A stretch of DNA of 64,000 nucleotides from an uncultured Arcobacteraceae bacterium (GTDB lineage Bacteria; Campylobacterota; Campylobacteria; Campylobacterales; Arcobacteraceae). The position numbers and the translations under genes are program-made. Below, piece after piece: positions 59,883-64,000 of this stretch. The notes below the pieces were generated by a model. The model was not told where the DNA came from. It saw nothing but the letters and a program-made list of their open reading frames with translations, and ran no database searches. The stretch spans positions 1 to 64,000 of the forward strand of contig CAXHZO010000010.1 in NCBI GenBank assembly GCA_964022095.1, read 5' to 3'. Numbering within the stretch: position 1 is the first letter of the stretch; every line of letters begins with the position of its first letter.

Positions 59883-61472
59883 TTAATAAGAATAACTATT
59901 CCCATCTTTTTTATTAGATATATTTTTAATAACTTGCATTTTTTGATCTTTAAATACTATATTTAGATTATGTTTCTGTACAGTTTTAATGGCTTCTCTT
60001 TTAAAGTCTTCTGTACCCGTGATATCTAATTCATTTCCATATTTAGCCATGGCCATTTTTAAAACAGTTAAGATTTCATTCGATTTATTATTGTTAATAT
60101 TTATTTTTAGATGATTACCTTTATCTAATACCTTACTTTCTTCATTAATCTTATAAGTTACCGTTCCATCTTTATTGACTATCTTATCTCCAAAAGAAAA
60201 AATTTGATTATTCTCTTTTTTTTCTGTAGCTGATAAAATATTTTCTCCAGGATTTATTGTTATCTTTGATTTTCGTAATGCCTCTAATGCTTCTTCATCT
60301 CCAGATAAAGATCTATTTATTAGATAATCTTTATAAGAAAGCTTTTTATATTTTGAATATATATCTAATCTTTGATCTTTAAATTTCATTTGAAAAGAAC
60401 TTAGCTCTTTTTTTCTAGATTCATTAATCATTTTATAAATCTTTTGTTTTTCTTGTCTAGAGATAGTTCTATCTTTCATAGTCTTTTCTCTGTATAGTTG
60501 CCACTTCTTTTTGACATTCAATTTATATAATTCTCTTTGTTCTTTTTCTTCTGCTAATAATATTTCTTTTCCCTGGAGTTTTAATTTTTCGAACTCTCTA
60601 TATTCATCCCAAAGATTTGATTTAAGATTAGTTTTTAGTTCAAACTTATGTATAGGTTCTATTTTGTCTATAATTGCTTTTAAAGCTTCTTTATCTTTTT
60701 CTCCATATCTTTTATCTAATTTAGATTTTGAAAGCTCTCTGCTTATATCTGATGCTTTTATGAATAGTTTTTGTGATCTACTTGATATTACATTTCCATT
60801 TCCTCGATCTCTTAGCTCTAGATCATATTTAGCCAAAGTTTTATATAGATCTTTCCAGGTACTCTTATCATCAGCTAAAACTTTTTTAATCTCAGCTGCA
60901 GCATTTTCTTTTACCCAATCTTTAAAATTAACTATTCCTGTATGAATAGTTTTATCATCCATATCATTCTTTTTTTCTTCAAGAGTTCTTCTAACATGAT
61001 TTGTGATTTTTAGATTATGTTTTATTTCTAACTCAGCAGCCTTTCTTTGTAGCGTTAACTTATCAAAAGATAGATTTTTAATCTTATGAGTTATTGGATC
61101 TATTAAGTTTACAGCAACATGAATGTGCTTGTTATTAGTGTTTGTATGAATAACACTTAACCTTTGACAATCTTCAAGCCCTAAAGATGATAATAATTCA
61201 TTCTCTATATCTTGAATTATCTCATCACTTGGATTCTCATCTTCTTGAAAAGAAACAATCAAATGATAAGTTTTATCTTGTTTTACTCTTTGATTCAAAG
61301 ATTGTGTATTTTCAATCTCTAGAATGTTGTGATCTATTTCCGTATAGCTACAATTTGAGAAGTAATAAGTTTCAACTTTTTCCATATTGTTTTTTAGATC
61401 TAATATATAATTTGCTAAAGCTTTATAACTCGATTTTGTAGCTTTTTTTGCAGCTACTTTTTTAACTATCAT
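59883..61472 (-). CDS. traI: MOBP relaxase (TraI/MobA) with LPD7-like C-terminus
   Basis: L.NYI motif I, YHLIVSF motif II, H.NT.N.HIH motif III; A.AKYG..L.ITG.E.FK tail. Confidence 0.92.
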   Translation of the reverse strand: MIVKKVAAKKATKSSYKALANYILDLKNNMEKVETYYFSNCSYTEIDHNILEIENTQSLNQRVKQDKTYHLIVSFQEDENPSDEIIQDIENELLSSLGLEDCQRLSVIHTNTNNKHIHVAVNLIDPITHKIKNLSFDKLTLQRKAAELEIKHNLKITNHVRRTLEEKKNDMDDKTIHTGIVNFKDWVKENAAAEIKKVLADDKSTWKDLYKTLAKYDLELRDRGNGNVISSRSQKLFIKASDISRELSKSKLDKRYGEKDKEALKAIIDKIEPIHKFELKTNLKSNLWDEYREFEKLKLQGKEILLAEEKEQRELYKLNVKKKWQLYREKTMKDRTISRQEKQKIYKMINESRKKELSSFQMKFKDQRLDIYSKYKKLSYKDYLINRSLSGDEEALEALRKSKITINPGENILSATEKKENNQIFSFGDKIVNKDGTVTYKINEESKVLDKGNHLKININNNKSNEILTVLKMAMAKYGNELDITGTEDFKREAIKTVQKHNLNIVFKDQKMQVIKNISNKKDGNSYSY

Positions 61473-61849
61473 GCTTGTTTCTGCATTATTTTTAATGCTT
61501 CATTTTTTAATATTAACTTTAGTCTTTCTATATCATTTACAAGATTGTCTATATCTTTGTAAGTTCTAGTATTACTAAAGTCATGTTTATCTGCTCTATT
61601 ATCCTCTAACCACATTTTAAAAAGACCTCCTAATCTTCCCATATCTGCATTTACTTTTAAAAGATTAGCAGCTGCTTTTTCATCAACTATAGATTTTATA
61701 GAATAATTAAGACCTAATGATCTTAAATATCCTGGGATTTTTAGTCCATATTTATTAGAGTTTGAAACTAAGTTTTCTTGTTCATTTTGATTAACTCTAA
61801 CCGTTATTTTTATATCTCTTCTTTTTTGTGGATCTATTGAAGTTCTCAT
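61469..61849 (-). CDS. traJ: TraJ/MobC-like RHH relaxosome protein
   Basis: I.VRV...E...GL....YLR..GL and L.KVNAD.GRLGGLFK.WL typical of IncP TraJ; ATGA overlap with traI. Confidence 0.85.
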   Translation of the reverse strand: MRTSIDPQKRRDIKITVRVNQNEQENLVSNSNKYGLKIPGYLRSLGLNYSIKSIVDEKAAANLLKVNADMGRLGGLFKMWLEDNRADKHDFSNTRTYKDIDNLVNDIERLKLILKNEALKIMQKQA

Positions 61850-61850
61850 A

Positions 61851-63083
61851 TTAACTTTTCATAAGGTTTTCATTAACTCCAGAAACATATTCTGAATTAG
61901 AAGAATTAGAATTTTCACTACTTGATGATTCACTTTTTGCCGATTTAATTGCATCTTTAAAATCATTTTTAGGTGTACTCATTGATGAACTACTAGTTGC
62001 ATTTAATATGTCAGATTTTTGGTTCATAGAATTTGTCATTCTAACACCCATATTTCCAGCTGCATATTTATTAGCACCAGTAATTGTGTTAACTGCATCA
62101 GCTCCAGCTGCCTTAGTTAAATTACCTAATGTTGATCCTTGACCAGATCCAGAAAGTTCTTTTGCAGCAGTTATTGCACTTTTTCCAGAAACTACTCCAG
62201 CTGCTGTTCCAACAGCTCCTCCAACTGCTGCAGCAACTGCAACTTTAGCAGTACCCATTCCAGAAGTAGAATTTCCAGCAAAATGTCCAGATAGTAAGGA
62301 TTCAACCATTCCAGGTACCATTTGAACTAAAGATGCAAGAAGAACAGAGATTGCGACCATCGCCATGATAGAGTTATTATCTGTTCCAACATTTGCAGCC
62401 ATGTCTTGAATGGTAGTTACAGATAAACCTAGAAATACTTTTATAAAAAATAATTCCATACCAGCTTTTATAATTGAAATTATTGGATTAATTGCATAAG
62501 ATCTAGTTTGAGTTAAACCACCAAGAGCAAAAACTATATAAGCACCAGCCATTAGAGCATATATCTTTACAATTGTAATAAATAATTGAGCTGTCATAAG
62601 AGCAAATGCTATTAATACTATTATCCCAGCTAAAACTAAACCTATACTGTCAAATGAAAATCCTATTCCATCCCAAATAGCTTTTACGATTATAAATGCT
62701 TGTTCTAAAATAGTATCAGGAGCAATATTAACTCCAGTCGCATTATTTGCTAACATTGCAAAAGAGTCTGGTATGGTAACCAGCCAATCAGTTAAGGTAA
62801 ACAACAATAAAAAGAATCCAATGATTATAACTTTTCTAATCAACTCATAGAATAACTCTGCAAAATCAGTACCTTTTAAAGCCATATAGCCAAAAGTAAG
62901 GACAAAATCTATAGAAACTAAAGCCCAAAATAACCACATAGCTGACGGTAAAATTGTATTAGTCCAATCATTTGCAGCATTTTTAAACACTAGTAAAATA
63001 TCACTTGTATTATTATTCGTATCAACGGCTGCAAAAATTATAGTTGGTAATAAAATAAAGATTAATATTAATATTTTTTTCAT
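61851..63083 (-). CDS. trbL: P-type conjugative transfer protein TrbL (VirB6-like)
   Basis: A.WLFW.L..I, multiple TM segments, Gly/Ala/Ser-rich tail; context. Confidence 0.9.
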   Translation of the reverse strand: MKKILILIFILLPTIIFAAVDTNNNTSDILLVFKNAANDWTNTILPSAMWLFWALVSIDFVLTFGYMALKGTDFAELFYELIRKVIIIGFFLLLFTLTDWLVTIPDSFAMLANNATGVNIAPDTILEQAFIIVKAIWDGIGFSFDSIGLVLAGIIVLIAFALMTAQLFITIVKIYALMAGAYIVFALGGLTQTRSYAINPIISIIKAGMELFFIKVFLGLSVTTIQDMAANVGTDNNSIMAMVAISVLLASLVQMVPGMVESLLSGHFAGNSTSGMGTAKVAVAAAVGGAVGTAAGVVSGKSAITAAKELSGSGQGSTLGNLTKAAGADAVNTITGANKYAAGNMGVRMTNSMNQKSDILNATSSSSMSTPKNDFKDAIKSAKSESSSSENSNSSNSEYVSGVNENLMKS

Positions 63084-63084
63084 C

Positions 63085-63339
63085 TTACCAACCTATCACT
63101 TTTTCATCACCAATAATTGGATTATTAGATTTAGAAATTATTTCATTAACTGCCATTTGAGCATTAGAACAATCAAGTTTATCATTTTCAGTTGAGTAAC
63201 CACTTTCCTTACAAGTTTTTACTTTTTTCTTTGCAATTTCTATATGATCTAAATAATATGCTTTATTTTTTGCTTTATTCTCACTACACCCACTTAATAA
63301 AACTATTGCAATAAATACTATTAAAATTAAATTTTTCAC
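63085..63339 (-). CDS. Entry-exclusion lipoprotein (EexN/TrbK-like)
   Basis: Lipobox LSGC, YY..H...A......C...DC.NA pattern, located between trbJ and trbL. Confidence 0.8.
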   Translation of the reverse strand: MKNLILIVFIAIVLLSGCSENKAKNKAYYLDHIEIAKKKVKTCKESGYSTENDKLDCSNAQMAVNEIISKSNNPIIGDEKVIGW

Positions 63340-63340
63340 T

Positions 63341-64000
63341 TTACCATCCTATTACTTCTTCATCACCTATTATTGGATTGTATCCGCCAGTTCTTTTATG
63401 TTGTAATTGAGCTTCAACAATTTCGTTTTTCTCATTTTCTGCAGCCATATATTGAGACTGTAAATTAATTTGACTCATTACTGTAGATCTAAGTTTTCTC
63501 ATTTGATCAACTTGAAAAAGTGCAATATCATTAGCAGCTTGAATTACTGCTTTATTACCAGTAGCTCCAGCAGAATTACTTTTAAGAGTGTTTATTATTG
63601 ACGCTTCATTAGAAAAATCATCTTCTTGTAATCCTAAACTATCTAAAGTACCTTTTATAGTATTTCTTGTGTTAGTATTTAGTTGTTGATATTGTTGTGA
63701 GAAACTTTCTGCTTTTTCTCCTGGAGTTAAAGATCCAGAATTAGCAATACTATAATAATTAGCATAACCCTTATAGTTATCACTAAACATTTGATCAAAA
63801 TTCCCCATTGTGTAAGATAAAGCATTTGCACTTTGCATTACACCTTTTAATCCAGTTACACTAACTGCAAAATCTTGCCAATCAAAGTTACCTAGATCTT
63901 GCAAGTTTTGTGTCATCATTTGAACACTCATAATATCTTGTTGTAGTTGATTTATTTGAGTATTTAATTGATTTACTTGTTCTGCATAATCAGCACTCCA
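63341..64000 (-). CDS. trbJ: P-type conjugative transfer protein TrbJ (VirB5-like), 5' end outside the window
   Basis: Frame open to the window edge; Gln-rich coiled coil, F...Y.GY, GA.G...VIQA.N..A..Q..Q..KLR. Confidence 0.88.
   Translation of the reverse strand, partial: WSADYAEQVNQLNTQINQLQQDIMSVQMMTQNLQDLGNFDWQDFAVSVTGLKGVMQSANALSYTMGNFDQMFSDNYKGYANYYSIANSGSLTPGEKAESFSQQYQQLNTNTRNTIKGTLDSLGLQEDDFSNEASIINTLKSNSAGATGNKAVIQAANDIALFQVDQMRKLRSTVMSQINLQSQYMAAENEKNEIVEAQLQHKRTGGYNPIIGDEEVIGW

Larger units (their letters stand above)
47718..64000. mobile_element. Integrative conjugative/mobilisable island at selC (right end outside the window)
   Basis: Integrase 320 bp after the tRNA 3' end, followed by defence cargo, oriT, MOBP relaxase and trbJKL; the partner att repeat is not seen in the window. 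Confidence 0.88.

Noticed and set aside
2245-61441. Short antisense or alternate-frame ORFs in the track (e.g. 2245, 4438, 5629, 10568, 13033, 23766, 25738, 43925, 47424, 52311, 60511)
   Set aside because: They overlap well-supported genes, have no recognisable motifs and show the biased composition expected of shadow frames in AT-rich DNA
1-64000. CRISPR array, rRNA or IS transposase
   Set aside because: No repeat-spacer array, cas gene, rRNA-like stretch or transposase motif seen; the 60-bp-spaced palindromes at 57835-57977 are only three degenerate copies in a promoter

Overview
Very AT-rich bacterial chromosome segment. The gene content (ciaB, HQWRQP-type histidine kinases, many GGDEF/EAL proteins, selAB-selC) points to Campylobacterales, most likely Arcobacteraceae (inference). 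The core-like backbone carries ciaB, htpG with a CIRCE-like operator, pxpABC, a c-di-GMP cluster, ppiC, pdxH, a PIN-PhoH plus HD pair, signalling genes, a UvrD-like helicase, an MCP and selA/selB/selC. Two tRNA-anchored mobile elements interrupt it. (1) A complete ~8 kb element (26140-34138) sits in tRNA-Leu(TAA), bounded by a 22-bp direct repeat. It has a tyrosine integrase, an Xis-like protein, a Rep_trans-like rolling-circle protein split by a -1 frameshift, a hairpin origin candidate, an SSB-like protein and a metallophosphoesterase-STAND NTPase cargo. (2) A larger island starts at the 3' end of tRNA-Sec and runs off the window. It has an integrase, a coupled C5-methyltransferase / MORC-like GHKL-histidine-kinase fusion / receiver-protein operon, convergent McrC-McrB, an IncP-like oriT-traK, a HipBST-like TA module, a structured intergenic region and traI-traJ-trbL-trbK-trbJ. 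The best candidates for poorly characterised systems are the MTase-MORC/HK-REC operon and the phosphoesterase-STAND protein. All family calls come from motif recognition by eye; no database search was run.
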